Below are positions 39,961 to 49,568 of a DNA stretch of 64,000 nt, piece after piece; the first letter of the stretch is position 1; each line of letters starts with the position of its first letter. A model generated the notes under the pieces. The model did not search any database. It was not told where the DNA came from and saw only the letters and a program-made list of their open reading frames with translations. A program made the translations under genes and the position numbers. The DNA comes from an uncultured Verrucomicrobiae bacterium (GTDB lineage: Bacteria; Verrucomicrobiota; Verrucomicrobiia; Chthoniobacterales; JAFAMB01): contig CAVXLD010000007.1 of the NCBI GenBank assembly GCA_963762565.1, forward strand, positions 160,001 to 224,000. Direction: 5' to 3'.

Positions 39961-41736
39961 CTACGCGCTGAACAGCTCCTGGAGCTTCTTCACTTCGTGC
40001 CGTGATACGAATTCCTTAAACGATTCGTGGTTGATCCTTTTAGCCAGATAAATCTTCAGGACCTTCTCAAGCAGGCTTGGTAGCTCGCGAAACGGAATGC
40101 CGCGGAACACTTCTCGAGCAAGAGCTTCGTTCCCGCCACTACTACCGCCAAAGAAGACGTGGTAGGCTTCCACTTGCTCGCCACCCTGACCAACCTGAAC
40201 TCCTAACAGGCCGATATCTCCGATATAATGTTGGGCGCAGGAGTGCGGACAACCGGTCAGATGAATATTGATTGGCTGGTCAAGCGAGACGCGTTTTTCC
40301 AAGTGTTTAGCCAGCTCGATAGCCTGACCCTTGGTGTTGGTGGCAGCGTATTTGCAGCCAGTGTTGCCGGTGCAGGCGATCACCCCGCCTGTGATGCTGT
40401 TCGCCTCGTAGTGCAGGCCGATTCTTAACAACGAACGTTTAACCGTCTCCACATAAGCGTCAGGCACATTAGTAATGAGCAGGTTCTGCCAAACGGTTAA
40501 CCGAAGGTCGCCGTTGCCATAGTTTTCGGCCAGGTCGGCGATACGGCGTATCTGCCGAATGCGTAACCGCCCGACCGGGATGGCGACACCGATGTAGTTC
40601 AGACCTTTCTGCCTTTGTTTATAGACGCCCAAGTGGCCATGCGCGATTGGCGGATGCGCCGGCCGGCAATCTTCGAGCGCCAGCCGTTGCAGAGGGAAAG
40701 CCAATTTCTTCTCCATCTCCTCCACAAATTTCGGTATGCCCCACTTATCGACCAGATATTTTAAGCGTGCTTTTTTCCGATTGGTCCGATCACCGTTCTC
40801 AGCGAAGACGCGAATAATAGCGGCCGCGACCGCGACGCTTTCTTCGGGTCTGACAACGATGCCGGCGTCAGCTGCAAATTGGGAATGCCCGGTGATCCCA
40901 GCCAATTGGACCCGGAAATAGACGCCGGGCGGAACGGATTTTCCTTCCGGAACTCTTACGGCAACAAACCCGATATCGTTGGTATCAGCGACGACACTGA
41001 TAGCGCCTCCGCCATCGAACCCGACATTAAACTTCCTGGGAATGTTATAGATGTCGCGGTTGTTCAAAATGTAGTAGTGAAGGGCCGTGGCGTACGGTTG
41101 GGAATCGATGAGTTCAGCCGGATCGAGGCCGGCTGTCGGAGTGGCGGTAACATTCCGGACATTGTCGACACCGGACCCCCTTGAGGTCATTCCCAGCTCC
41201 TGGAGCTTCAGGAGAACCTTCACTATGTGTCTAGGAGCGATTTCGCGGATCTGAAAATTGGCGCGCGTGGTAATGTCTGCGTAGCCCGCTCCCCAATCAT
41301 CCGCTATGCCGGCTAATCCTCGGAGCTGGTTGGCCGTGAGTCGACCAGCCGGGATACGGCACCTGAGCATAAACGAATTTTGAGTTGGAGCGACATAGAA
41401 GAGCCCGTGGTAGCGGAACCGGAAGGTGTCTGCTTTATCGGGGAACTTGTTCTCTTCGGCATGAGCCAGAAGCTTGTCCCAGATATCGAGTCCGTGTTGT
41501 TCCAGTTTCCAGATTTCCTGCTCGCACAAATCCGAGACCGGAGTTCCGAACACCGTTTCTTCGGTGGTCGGAGGCGGTGGCGCCGCTGCGTTTTCCAGGC
41601 TGGGCGCCGGCGCCGCGGTAATGCGACCGTCAGGAAGAACTCCCACAAAAGGGGTTAACTTTCGCGTGGAAAGTCCGGCAAAGAAGCCTTGTAGGTATTC
41701 TTTCTGTTCGTCGGTGAAAGCTTCTGAAACGGTCAC
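39961..41736 (-). CDS. nirA: Ferredoxin-nitrite reductase (NirA family)
   Basis: TTRANFQIR, PRKFN, ACTGNTGC, TGCPHSC siroheme/4Fe-4S motifs. Confidence 0.88.
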   Translation of the reverse strand: MTVSEAFTDEQKEYLQGFFAGLSTRKLTPFVGVLPDGRITAAPAPSLENAAAPPPPTTEETVFGTPVSDLCEQEIWKLEQHGLDIWDKLLAHAEENKFPDKADTFRFRYHGLFYVAPTQNSFMLRCRIPAGRLTANQLRGLAGIADDWGAGYADITTRANFQIREIAPRHIVKVLLKLQELGMTSRGSGVDNVRNVTATPTAGLDPAELIDSQPYATALHYYILNNRDIYNIPRKFNVGFDGGGAISVVADTNDIGFVAVRVPEGKSVPPGVYFRVQLAGITGHSQFAADAGIVVRPEESVAVAAAIIRVFAENGDRTNRKKARLKYLVDKWGIPKFVEEMEKKLAFPLQRLALEDCRPAHPPIAHGHLGVYKQRQKGLNYIGVAIPVGRLRIRQIRRIADLAENYGNGDLRLTVWQNLLITNVPDAYVETVKRSLLRIGLHYEANSITGGVIACTGNTGCKYAATNTKGQAIELAKHLEKRVSLDQPINIHLTGCPHSCAQHYIGDIGLLGVQVGQGGEQVEAYHVFFGGSSGGNEALAREVFRGIPFRELPSLLEKVLKIYLAKRINHESFKEFVSRHEVKKLQELFSA

Positions 41737-41787
41737 GGGCTTTAACCGTTCGGCGTTCGGCGTTTGGCGTTTGGCGTTTGGCGTTGC

Positions 41788-42636
41788 TTACGTGACCGCA
41801 CCCGGTTCGGCAATAGCGCCAGCAGGAACTGCGGCTGGGGTTGAGTCGTTTTTCCAGCCGTAGGTCAGGTAAAGCGCGAATCCGGTAAAGACCGAGCCGC
41901 CAATAAAATTACCAATGGTGACCGGTATCTGGTTCCAAATCCACCAATCAGCGATCGTGGCCTTAGCACCAAAAAGAATGCCGGCGGGAATGACGAACAT
42001 ATTCACGATTGAATGTTCGAACCCCTGCGCGAAGAACGTGAAAATCGGCAGCCAGGCGCCTACGATTTTGCCAATGGTCGATTTCGAAGTCATCGCCATC
42101 ACGACACCGAGGCAGACCAACCAGTTACAAAGTATGGCTTTTACCAAGGCGGTGAGGATGCCGAATGCTCCGAACTTGGCATAGCCCAGTGTCTTGGCAT
42201 CGGCGATAGCGGCGATTTTCGCGGCGATGCCGGAAGCGTCATTGGTGTGGCCAGACATGGTTAACGCCCCGTATAAAAGCAATGCATAAACCAGGCTGCC
42301 GATCAGGTTTCCGAGAAGGACCCAACCAAAGTTGGCCAGCATCCGCGGGAGCGAGAGTTTGCCGTCGGCGTAGGCCAAAGGGAGTAATGCGAAACTGCCG
42401 GTGGCAAGCTCTAACCCAAGCAGGACGATCATAACGAACCCAACGGGGAATACGAGAGCGCCCACTAACGGCACGCCGGACTGCACCGTTGCGGTGACTG
42501 CCAGACTGGTCGCAACGCCCAGTAATGCGCCAGAAAGAAACCCCCGGATCAGAAGGTCTTTGGCGGCGAGGGAGCCTTTCGTGTTCCCGGCGCTAACCAT
42601 ATTGGAGACGACTTCGCGAGGTGGAACGTAGTCCAT
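41788..42636 (-). CDS. Formate/nitrite transporter (FNT) family channel
   Basis: FPVG..GLELATG, LGNLIG, AILCNWLVCL, FEHSIVNM, GNFIGG. Confidence 0.9.
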   Translation of the reverse strand: MDYVPPREVVSNMVSAGNTKGSLAAKDLLIRGFLSGALLGVATSLAVTATVQSGVPLVGALVFPVGFVMIVLLGLELATGSFALLPLAYADGKLSLPRMLANFGWVLLGNLIGSLVYALLLYGALTMSGHTNDASGIAAKIAAIADAKTLGYAKFGAFGILTALVKAILCNWLVCLGVVMAMTSKSTIGKIVGAWLPIFTFFAQGFEHSIVNMFVIPAGILFGAKATIADWWIWNQIPVTIGNFIGGSVFTGFALYLTYGWKNDSTPAAVPAGAIAEPGAVT

Positions 42637-42648
42637 GGTAGGTCACGG

Positions 42649-42664
42649 AGCGGAAAACGTGCCA
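42649..42664 (-). promoter_or_regulatory. Putative sigma-54 promoter of FNT-nirA operon
   Basis: TGGCACGTTTTCCGCT = GG-N10-GC, upstream of nitrogen assimilation genes. Confidence 0.5.
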
Positions 42665-42844
42665 GGGGGTGGGGGGGTGAGCAGTGAGCAGTAAGCAGTG
42701 AGAAGTGAGAGGTGATTGGTGAATGGTGATTGGTGATTGCTTGTGATTGGTGGATCTGGGCGGAGTGGGCGGTCGTGGAGGGGTGCTGGCTAGTGACGCG
42801 CAGGTCAGTTTTTTGTGCGAATTGGTCAAAAATTGACAGGGAGA

Positions 42845-42988
42845 TTACTTGGCCCGCCTGGGCAGGAGTATTCCTTGCGCAACCAACTCCTCGGCTAACT
42901 GCATCGCGCTCTGAACTGCTAACGCAGGCCCGGCGACCTGCTTAGCGGCTTCGAGCGAGGCTTGAATTACAAATTCTTCATATGTCAT
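42845..42988 (-). CDS. Small hypothetical protein (47 aa)
   Basis: MTYEEFVIQASLEAAKQVAGPALAVQSAMQLAEELVAQGILLPRRAK; purine-rich AGGGA upstream; below ORF-track cutoff. Confidence 0.45.
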   Translation of the reverse strand: MTYEEFVIQASLEAAKQVAGPALAVQSAMQLAEELVAQGILLPRRAK

Positions 42989-43039
42989 ATTTCCCTAGAA
43001 GGCACAAAACTGTGTGCAAATCAATCTTCGTCCGGCGGT

Positions 43040-43510
43040 TCAGTCTAGTGGTATCAAGACAGGTTTCGGCAGCGGCCCGACGTCATCCCGGTGCAGCACA
43101 TATTCCACTCCGGCACCCAGCGGACCCTGAACATTCTTACGGAACCGCATGCAGAGACGTCGCATGAGGGCTATTGAACGTGTGTTGGGGAGGTCGGCGC
43201 CGGCTATAATAGAGTCAATTTGTGACTTCAAAAAGGCGTGAGCAATCACCGTCCAAGCCATCCTCAGGGCAAGGCCCTGTCCCCAATAGCTTGGGTCCAA
43301 CAAGTAGGTGAGTTCTGCGGACTTGAATGATGGATAGGGTCGTAAGTCAACACAACCGGCGTATCGCGCTGAGACATTTTCCAGGAACCACATACCGAGC
43401 GGCGTCTCTCCCCTGTCGGTAACACTCTGTGTAAGCAAGCGCGTGATGTATTCCTTGTCCGGAGGGACTCCATCGAAAAGGTATTGATAGGCTAGCGGAT
43501 TCGCTGCCAA
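43040..43510 (-). CDS. RimJ/RimL-type GNAT acetyltransferase (N-terminus possibly damaged)
   Basis: ELTYLLDPSYWGQGLA, N.RSIALMRRL.M; homology extends upstream (LRRADLNDID) to an in-frame stop. Confidence 0.7.
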   Translation of the reverse strand: MAANPLAYQYLFDGVPPDKEYITRLLTQSVTDRGETPLGMWFLENVSARYAGCVDLRPYPSFKSAELTYLLDPSYWGQGLALRMAWTVIAHAFLKSQIDSIIAGADLPNTRSIALMRRLCMRFRKNVQGPLGAGVEYVLHRDDVGPLPKPVLIPLD

Positions 43511-43776
43511 CGCGTGATAGCCGTCGATATCATTTAAGTCGGCTCGCCGTAGCCGCCCTTACAACCGGCCGACAGTTGCAGCGATCCAAGGCGTGACGGG
43601 CAAACACGTGCAGTCGGTGACAAAACCATTAAGTTACGATCCGAGAGACCGCTGACGACCCGGCGGCCAAGGGCATTAGTCGCACCAGGGGTCGAGCGGA
43701 GAGAGATTTTCGCCCGACGATGCACCGCACGTCAATCGCCCATTCGCCGATTCGCCCTTTCGCCGGCGCGCCGCCG

Positions 43777-45309
43777 CTACCCCTCTTCGCCTTTCCCCCC
43801 GAATTGCGCCGTATACGTATCTAGTTGTTGGTAATACGGTCCGGCGTCTTCGTAGATTTGGTCGAATAACGCGGCGAGCTTTTCGTAGCGAGGCACCCAG
43901 TCCGGGTTCGGAACAATTTCTTCATCCAGTTGGATCAGCTTTGTGGCGGCCTCTGACAGGGATGAATAGACGCCGGCGGCAACCCCGGCGATCATCGTGC
44001 AGCCCAGGATGCTGGACTCGGTGTGTTTAGTCGTGCGAATCGATGTCCGATAAATGCTGGCTTTAATCTCAAGCCAGAGACGCGTTTTTGCGCCGCCGCC
44101 ACTTGCCACCAAATACTTCATCGGGTTCCCGCTTTGTTCCATGATGGAAAGGTTTCGGCGAGAAGCGAAAGCCACGCCTTCCATCACGGCTCGGTGCAGG
44201 TGCCCACTTGCGTGGGCGTAGGTTAAGCCAAAGAATTGGGCGCGGGCGTTCCGCCGGGCTCCCAGTCGTTCTCCGTTTAAATAAGGCAAGAAAATGAGGC
44301 CATCGGATCCGGGCGGAGCTGATGCTGCGACTTTAACCAGCTCATCGTAGCCAACCTGATTGTCGTGGAAGGCGCGGCGGGCCCAGCGGACGGCATCACC
44401 TCCGGCATCCAGAATAGTAAATGCGCTCCACCCTTCGTCGATGCCCAGGACGTTACTGATAATTGGATGCAGAACTGCGCGTTCGGTTTGCAGGGTCAAC
44501 AAAGTTGAAGTCCCCGTGGAATCGGACCCAACACCAACTCGGTTCACACCGGATCCAAGCAAAGTAACGGGAAAGTCTCCGGCTCCAACGGCGACCGGAG
44601 TACCACTCAATAGACCGGTCTCTTCAGAAGCCGCGCGGGAAATGGTACCGACGAGATCGATTGGCCGTTTGATCTGGGGAAGGATCTCTGGTTCAAGCCC
44701 TAAGAGTTCTGCTAGCGATGAGCTCCAAGCGCGTTTCTCGATATCATAGAGGTAAGTTGTAGACGCCTCCGGATGGTCAATCGCCTGGCAACCGGTTAAT
44801 CGGAAATTCACGAAATCTTTGACGATAAGGACTGAGACCGCCCTGCGATAGACATCCGGATGCTCTTTCTTAAACCAAAGCAGTTTGAACGCCGGCCAAG
44901 CAGTCGCCGCGGGATTGCCGGTGATAGGCAACAGCTTTTCTTGGTCGTGCTGTCCGAGGAATTCAGCGAGCACCTCTCGGGTCCGCTTATCATTCCAAAG
45001 AGGAGCGTAGTCGACGACAGGGACCCCATCCCGGCCTATTAAAACGGTTCCATGCATCTGGCCGCAGGTGGCAATAGCGACGATCCGTGAAGCCGCATTT
45101 TCGACCTTGTTGAGTACAGTTCGAATACAGAGCACAACCCCGTTCCACCAGTCGGATGGACGCTGTTGAGACCAACCGAAGTGTGGCACTTGCTGGTCGT
45201 GCTCAGCGGAATGGAAGGCCACGATCTGGCCGTTAAGATCCGTTAAGGCAGCCCGTACACTGCCAGTACCAACGTCGATGGCCAGCAAGAGATCTTTATT
45301 GGGGGGCAT
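43777..45309 (-). CDS. FGGY-family carbohydrate kinase (xylulokinase-like)
   Basis: AIDVGTGSVR, GQMHG, WNDKR, PYLNGER, AVMEGVAF, SGGGA. Confidence 0.9.
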   Translation of the reverse strand: MPPNKDLLLAIDVGTGSVRAALTDLNGQIVAFHSAEHDQQVPHFGWSQQRPSDWWNGVVLCIRTVLNKVENAASRIVAIATCGQMHGTVLIGRDGVPVVDYAPLWNDKRTREVLAEFLGQHDQEKLLPITGNPAATAWPAFKLLWFKKEHPDVYRRAVSVLIVKDFVNFRLTGCQAIDHPEASTTYLYDIEKRAWSSSLAELLGLEPEILPQIKRPIDLVGTISRAASEETGLLSGTPVAVGAGDFPVTLLGSGVNRVGVGSDSTGTSTLLTLQTERAVLHPIISNVLGIDEGWSAFTILDAGGDAVRWARRAFHDNQVGYDELVKVAASAPPGSDGLIFLPYLNGERLGARRNARAQFFGLTYAHASGHLHRAVMEGVAFASRRNLSIMEQSGNPMKYLVASGGGAKTRLWLEIKASIYRTSIRTTKHTESSILGCTMIAGVAAGVYSSLSEAATKLIQLDEEIVPNPDWVPRYEKLAALFDQIYEDAGPYYQQLDTYTAQFGGKGEEG

Positions 45310-45369
45310 GGAGGAGAGGACAAATAGAAAATAGCTAATAGCAGATAGCAAATGGAGGAGTTCAGGAGT

Positions 45370-45584
45370 TGGTAGGGGGAGGCTCCTGAAAGGCCCAAGG
45401 ATACAACGAAGGAAATCCGCACGCCCCTTAACCAATCAACGAGGGAGGGCCGAAAAGCGCGCCGAGCCGGGGGCAACGCGGCAGACCACGGCTCGGCCAA
45501 CTGGCGGCACAACAACGTTTCTTTGGCGGTACATACGAGACGCTTCGCTCTACCGACTCTCGCCTGCAGGAGCCTCGCCCTGCC
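45370..45584. repeat. Split REP-like element with ~70-nt spacers, copy 1
   Basis: GGTAGGGGGAGGCTCC-N74-GCCGAGCC..GGCTCGGC-N71-GGAGCCTCGCCC. Confidence 0.75.
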
Positions 45585-45607
45585 TCTAGCCTGATCCACC
45601 ACAGTGC

Positions 45608-45810
45608 GTAGTATTGCTACTCAAAACCACCAAGCAACCATTTTCTACCGGAAAGTGTTTCCTGCGGGCTTAGTCCTAGGACAGGCGACGTAAGATGGGC
45701 GTGAGCAGTCTCGGTCAGGCGGGAATATGGGCGTAGGGGGAGCGGGACGCGGTGCTTCGCATTTTCTCTCTGAACACCGATTATGTTGATAAATTCTGTT
45801 GTATTACTAC
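45608..45810. promoter_or_regulatory. Two HexR/RpiR-type operator candidates
   Basis: GTAGTATTGCTAC (45608-45620) and GTTGTATTACTAC (45798-45810) between divergent sugar genes. Confidence 0.5.
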
Positions 45811-45877
45811 TTTAAAGAGGGAATTCTGGGTTTCGTTCCTGCTGAACAACTCAATCCCTATCTTTTCCAGCATCGCG

Positions 45878-46537
45878 ATGAGTGCTTCCCATGCTCAGCC
45901 TCCATTTTTGGCTTTTTTGAACCCGGAGACACTACAGATAGAGCCAAACACTGGCGGTTATAAGAAGCATTTCCGTGAGCTCGCCGGGATTTACGCCGAC
46001 GAGGCCGCGTTCGACCGTTTAGAAGAGACTTTTGGCAATTCGGTTGGTTATCGTGTGGATGAAGCGCGCTTCAGTGATCGCGGGAGTGATTTAATCACGG
46101 GAACTAGTGTACTTGAGCCGGGCAAAGTCGGCCGAGAGTTCTTTATGACGAGAGGACATCTCCATCAGCGGGCTGACCGTCCGGAGACTTACTATTGTTT
46201 GGCCGGGCATGGGGTCCTATTGCTGGAAAGCTTGGCTGGCGAAGTCAAGGCCATGGAGATGCGACCAGGCAGCCTTGTTTATGTGCCGCCATTTTGGATA
46301 CACCGGAGTGTGAACGTCGGTGAGGCCGTTTTCGGGACCCTCTTTTCTTATCCAGCCGATGCGGGTCAGAATTTCGAGATTGTCAGGCAAGCCAAGGGGT
46401 TTCGACAGCTGGTGGTTTCTGCCGGGGACCAGGGCTGGCAATTGATTCCGAATCCGCGATATCAACCGCGGACGGAGTCGGAAATACAAGCCTACATTAC
46501 ACTAACGAGCGGGAACGCCGGGAGCGGAACAGCATGA
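45878..46537 (+). CDS. Cupin-type glucose-6-phosphate isomerase family protein
   Basis: PGKVG.EFFMTRGHLH..E.YY..G.G, YVPP.W.HRSVN.G, YPADAG. Confidence 0.88.
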   Translation: MSASHAQPPFLAFLNPETLQIEPNTGGYKKHFRELAGIYADEAAFDRLEETFGNSVGYRVDEARFSDRGSDLITGTSVLEPGKVGREFFMTRGHLHQRADRPETYYCLAGHGVLLLESLAGEVKAMEMRPGSLVYVPPFWIHRSVNVGEAVFGTLFSYPADAGQNFEIVRQAKGFRQLVVSAGDQGWQLIPNPRYQPRTESEIQAYITLTSGNAGSGTA

Positions 46538-46576
46538 GCTCTACGGGTGCCAGGAAAGAGCCCGGCGGGCCCAAGG

Positions 46577-46866
46577 TTGGTGGGGCGAGGCTCCCTCACA
46601 ACCTTGGCGGCTTGTCAGGGAATGCGACATTGAAGGATGACTTCGTGTTTTTGGTCAAAGCGCTGCCGAGCCGGATCGAGGGTGTCGCAGTTATCCAGCG
46701 CTTTGAATTGGACTGGGCTTGCGTTCGATCCACCGTCGTCCATCCTTTTTTTGTGCCGCACGCGGGGCCGCGGCTCGGCGGCTTTCCGGCTTTGCCCATT
46801 ACAGTTTCGACAACGTCGGCGGCTTTGCTCGCCGTTAAAGGAAGATCCGGAGCCTCGCCCCACCAA
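46577..46866. repeat. Split REP-like element, copy 2
   Basis: Spacers 70 and 69 nt. Confidence 0.8.
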
Positions 46867-46908
46867 GTTTGGGCCGAGCGCGGCAAACCGATTTCTCTCT
46901 GAATAGAC

Positions 46909-47559
46909 ATGGCTAAGACGATTCTGAAGGCGATCTCGGAACACCGGTTAGTGCCGGTTATCGAATTGGATACGGCAACTGACGCACCTTTTTTAGCGGA
47001 AGCTTTGTTGAAGGGTGGTTTGCCGGTTATCGAGCTAACGTTTCGAACCAGTGCGGCGGCCGAATCAATTGCGGCGGTGCGAAAGGAGTTTCCAGAAATG
47101 CTGGTTGGGGCAGGAACGATCGTGGTCTCGGAACAGTTTCAGCAAGCTCTGGACGCAGGAGCTCAGTTTCTGGTCTCTCCCGGGTTCGATTCTGGGCTGA
47201 CTAAGACGGCGGTGCAGAACGGCGTTCCATATTTACCAGGTGTCGCGACGGCATCGGAATTACAGGGCGCGTTGGCCCTCGGTATAACGGTCTGCAAGTT
47301 TTTTCCGGCTGAAGAAATCGGCGGCGCCCGTTTTCTCAGGATACTAGCGGCTACGTATCGAGCGTTTTCGCCGGGGTTCGTGCCAACCGGTGGAATCAAC
47401 TTGAATAACCTGGAGAGTTGGCTGCTGGAGCCGAGCGTGATTGCGGTAGGTGGTTCATGGCTGGCGGCAAGGCAATGGATTAAGGACAAAGATTGGGCGG
47501 CGATACGAGAGTCGGTTGCCAGCAGTGTGCGAGTGGTTACGACCTTAAAGCGAGCATGA
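46909..47559 (+). CDS. eda: KDPG/KHG aldolase
   Basis: IELTFRT, GAGT, FLVSPG, KFFPA, PTGGI, AVGGSW. Confidence 0.92.
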   Translation: MAKTILKAISEHRLVPVIELDTATDAPFLAEALLKGGLPVIELTFRTSAAAESIAAVRKEFPEMLVGAGTIVVSEQFQQALDAGAQFLVSPGFDSGLTKTAVQNGVPYLPGVATASELQGALALGITVCKFFPAEEIGGARFLRILAATYRAFSPGFVPTGGINLNNLESWLLEPSVIAVGGSWLAARQWIKDKDWAAIRESVASSVRVVTTLKRA

Positions 47560-47616
47560 ACCGGGAAAGTTCTCCAAGTCGGCCTCGCAAGCGAGGCACG
47601 CTCCACTAACTCCGGC

Positions 47617-48558
47617 ATGAGCGCGAAGCTAGTTTCGAGGCCCGTTCCAACCATCCACTTTGTCGGTGTATCCACAAAACAGTCGTCGATCATGCACGTT
47701 TTTCCGGAATGGGCAAAAGAGCTGGGTCTAGGCGACGTCGCCATTAACGGAATTGATCTGCCGCTGCATGCTGCCCGGGACCAATATCGGCAGGTTGTTG
47801 ATTTTATTCGAGATGATGCCTATTCGAATGGAGCATTAGTGACCACTCACAAGATCGATCTGTTTGAAGCGGCCTATTCGCTTTTCGATGAACTGGATTG
47901 GTTTGCTGAATCGATGCACGAAATAAGCTCGATATCGAAGCGAGCCGGCAAATTAATTGGACAGGCTAAAGATCCGGTATCGGCTGGGCGCGCATTAACA
48001 GAGATGATCCGGCCAGGTTTCTGGCCCGGCGAAGGAGGAGACATTTTTTGTATGGGCTGCGGTGGCGCCGGGGTTGCGATCACCTGGTTCTTGCTGCGGG
48101 GCGATCATTTGTTAGGAAAACCGGAGCGGTTGATTGTGTCCGACATTTCGATGGAGCGCCTGGCGCATCTACGAGAATTGGTCGATCAGGATGGGTTGGA
48201 AATTGAGTTGGTGCGGGATCCGACGGATAACGATCGTATCCTGCAGAGCTTGAAGGAGGGTTCATTTGTGATCAATGCAACCGGTTTAGGTAAGGACCGG
48301 CCCGGCTCGCCGATTACGGATCGCGGACGTTTTCCTCGACGTGCGATGGTGTGGGAATTGAACTACCGGGGCGCGCTCGACTTTTTGCATCAAGCTTATC
48401 GAGCCACAAGCGAACAAGAGCTGACGGTGCACGACGGTTGGGATTACTTTGTGCACGGATGGAGCTGCGTCATCGCGGATGTTTTCCATGTGGACATCCC
48501 GAATGAACGGGTTTCTAAATTAGCCGAGATTGCGGCGCGTGTGAGCGGAAGAAAGTGA
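47617..48558 (+). CDS. Shikimate-dehydrogenase-like oxidoreductase
   Basis: GALVTTHK, GCGGAG, INATGLGKD.PGSP, WELNYRG, DGW.YF. Confidence 0.75.
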   Translation: MSAKLVSRPVPTIHFVGVSTKQSSIMHVFPEWAKELGLGDVAINGIDLPLHAARDQYRQVVDFIRDDAYSNGALVTTHKIDLFEAAYSLFDELDWFAESMHEISSISKRAGKLIGQAKDPVSAGRALTEMIRPGFWPGEGGDIFCMGCGGAGVAITWFLLRGDHLLGKPERLIVSDISMERLAHLRELVDQDGLEIELVRDPTDNDRILQSLKEGSFVINATGLGKDRPGSPITDRGRFPRRAMVWELNYRGALDFLHQAYRATSEQELTVHDGWDYFVHGWSCVIADVFHVDIPNERVSKLAEIAARVSGRK

Positions 48559-49568
48559 AACGAGTTCTAGTAACACCGCGGTCATTGACTAATGGCGATC
48601 ATCCGGCCTTTGCGCGTCTGCGTCAGGGCGGGTGGGAAATCGTTTTGGGCCCGAAAGGCCGGCTGCCGGAGGAGGAAGAGCTTTGCGACCTGGTGCAGGG
48701 TTGTGTGGGCTGGATCGCCGGGGTTGAACCCGTGACTGCGAAAGTTCTGGCTGCGGCCAAGGCTTTAAGGGTAATCAGCCGGAACGGTAGCGGCATTGAT
48801 AATATCCCGTTGGTTGATGCCACACAGCGCGGGATCACGGTGCTTCGGGCAAACGGTGCGAATGCGCAAGGGGTAGCCGAGCTTACTCTGGGACTTGCTT
48901 TAATGGCGGCTCGCGGCCTTCATTTGGCCGATCGCGGGCTTAAAGAAGGCGTTTGGCGCCGTTCTATGGGCACCGAACTCAACGGCCGCCGGGTTGCGGT
49001 GGTTGGGTATGGACGTATTGGGCAGGCCGTTGCTCGGCTCTTCGCTGCTTTCGGTTCTGTGGTCTCAGTGATCGAACCTTTGGATGTCGCCGCCGAACCG
49101 TTTGCTCGGGTGACTTTGGAGTTCGCCATCCGCGAGGCAGAACTGATCACACTGCATTGTCCGCCATCTCCGGATGGACAACCGCTGTTGAGCAAAATCT
49201 TGCTGAGTCGGGCGCGCCCCGGCTTGACCTTGATCAACACGGCCCGTCGAACGCTGGTCGACGAAGAAGGATTGCTGCAGCAGCTGGAAAGCGGGAGAAT
49301 CGCCGCCTATTGTTCCGATGTATTCGATCAGGCTGATGCCAGCGCCGCCAAACTGATTGCGCATCCCCACGTCATCGCGACCTCTCATCTCGGCGCCTTC
49401 ACCCGCGAAAGCGTCGATCGCGCTGCACTCGAAGCAGTACAAAATCTTCTGGCGTTTTTCGAAGGCGGTCCCACGCCTTCACGGCCCTCGGAATGCGGTT
49501 CCCCGACTTCACGACCCTCGGAGGACGGTCCCACGTCTCCACGACCCTCAGGAAATGCCAGCCATTGA
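48555..49568 (+). CDS. D-isomer-specific 2-hydroxyacid dehydrogenase (phosphoglycerate dehydrogenase-like)
   Basis: ISRNGSGIDN, VAEL, GYGRIG, LINTAR, H.GA.T. Confidence 0.88.
   Translation: MKRVLVTPRSLTNGDHPAFARLRQGGWEIVLGPKGRLPEEEELCDLVQGCVGWIAGVEPVTAKVLAAAKALRVISRNGSGIDNIPLVDATQRGITVLRANGANAQGVAELTLGLALMAARGLHLADRGLKEGVWRRSMGTELNGRRVAVVGYGRIGQAVARLFAAFGSVVSVIEPLDVAAEPFARVTLEFAIREAELITLHCPPSPDGQPLLSKILLSRARPGLTLINTARRTLVDEEGLLQQLESGRIAAYCSDVFDQADASAAKLIAHPHVIATSHLGAFTRESVDRAALEAVQNLLAFFEGGPTPSRPSECGSPTSRPSEDGPTSPRPSGNASH
49461..49550 (+). repeat. Three 30-bp tandem repeats in dehydrogenase 3' end
   Basis: Units encode EGGPTPSRPS/ECGSPTSRPS/EDGPTSPRPS. Confidence 0.85.

Noticed and set aside
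42800..43020. NtrC-binding sites upstream of the nitrite operon
   Set aside because: Dyads are present but spacing deviates from GCAC-N7-GTGC
46534..46944. Overlapping ORFs on both strands (also 54737-55210, 58417-58743, 61220-61526)
   Set aside because: Coincide with palindromic repeat elements or the MITE
49461..49550. 30-bp tandem repeat as a CRISPR array
   Set aside because: No spacers; in-frame coding repeat
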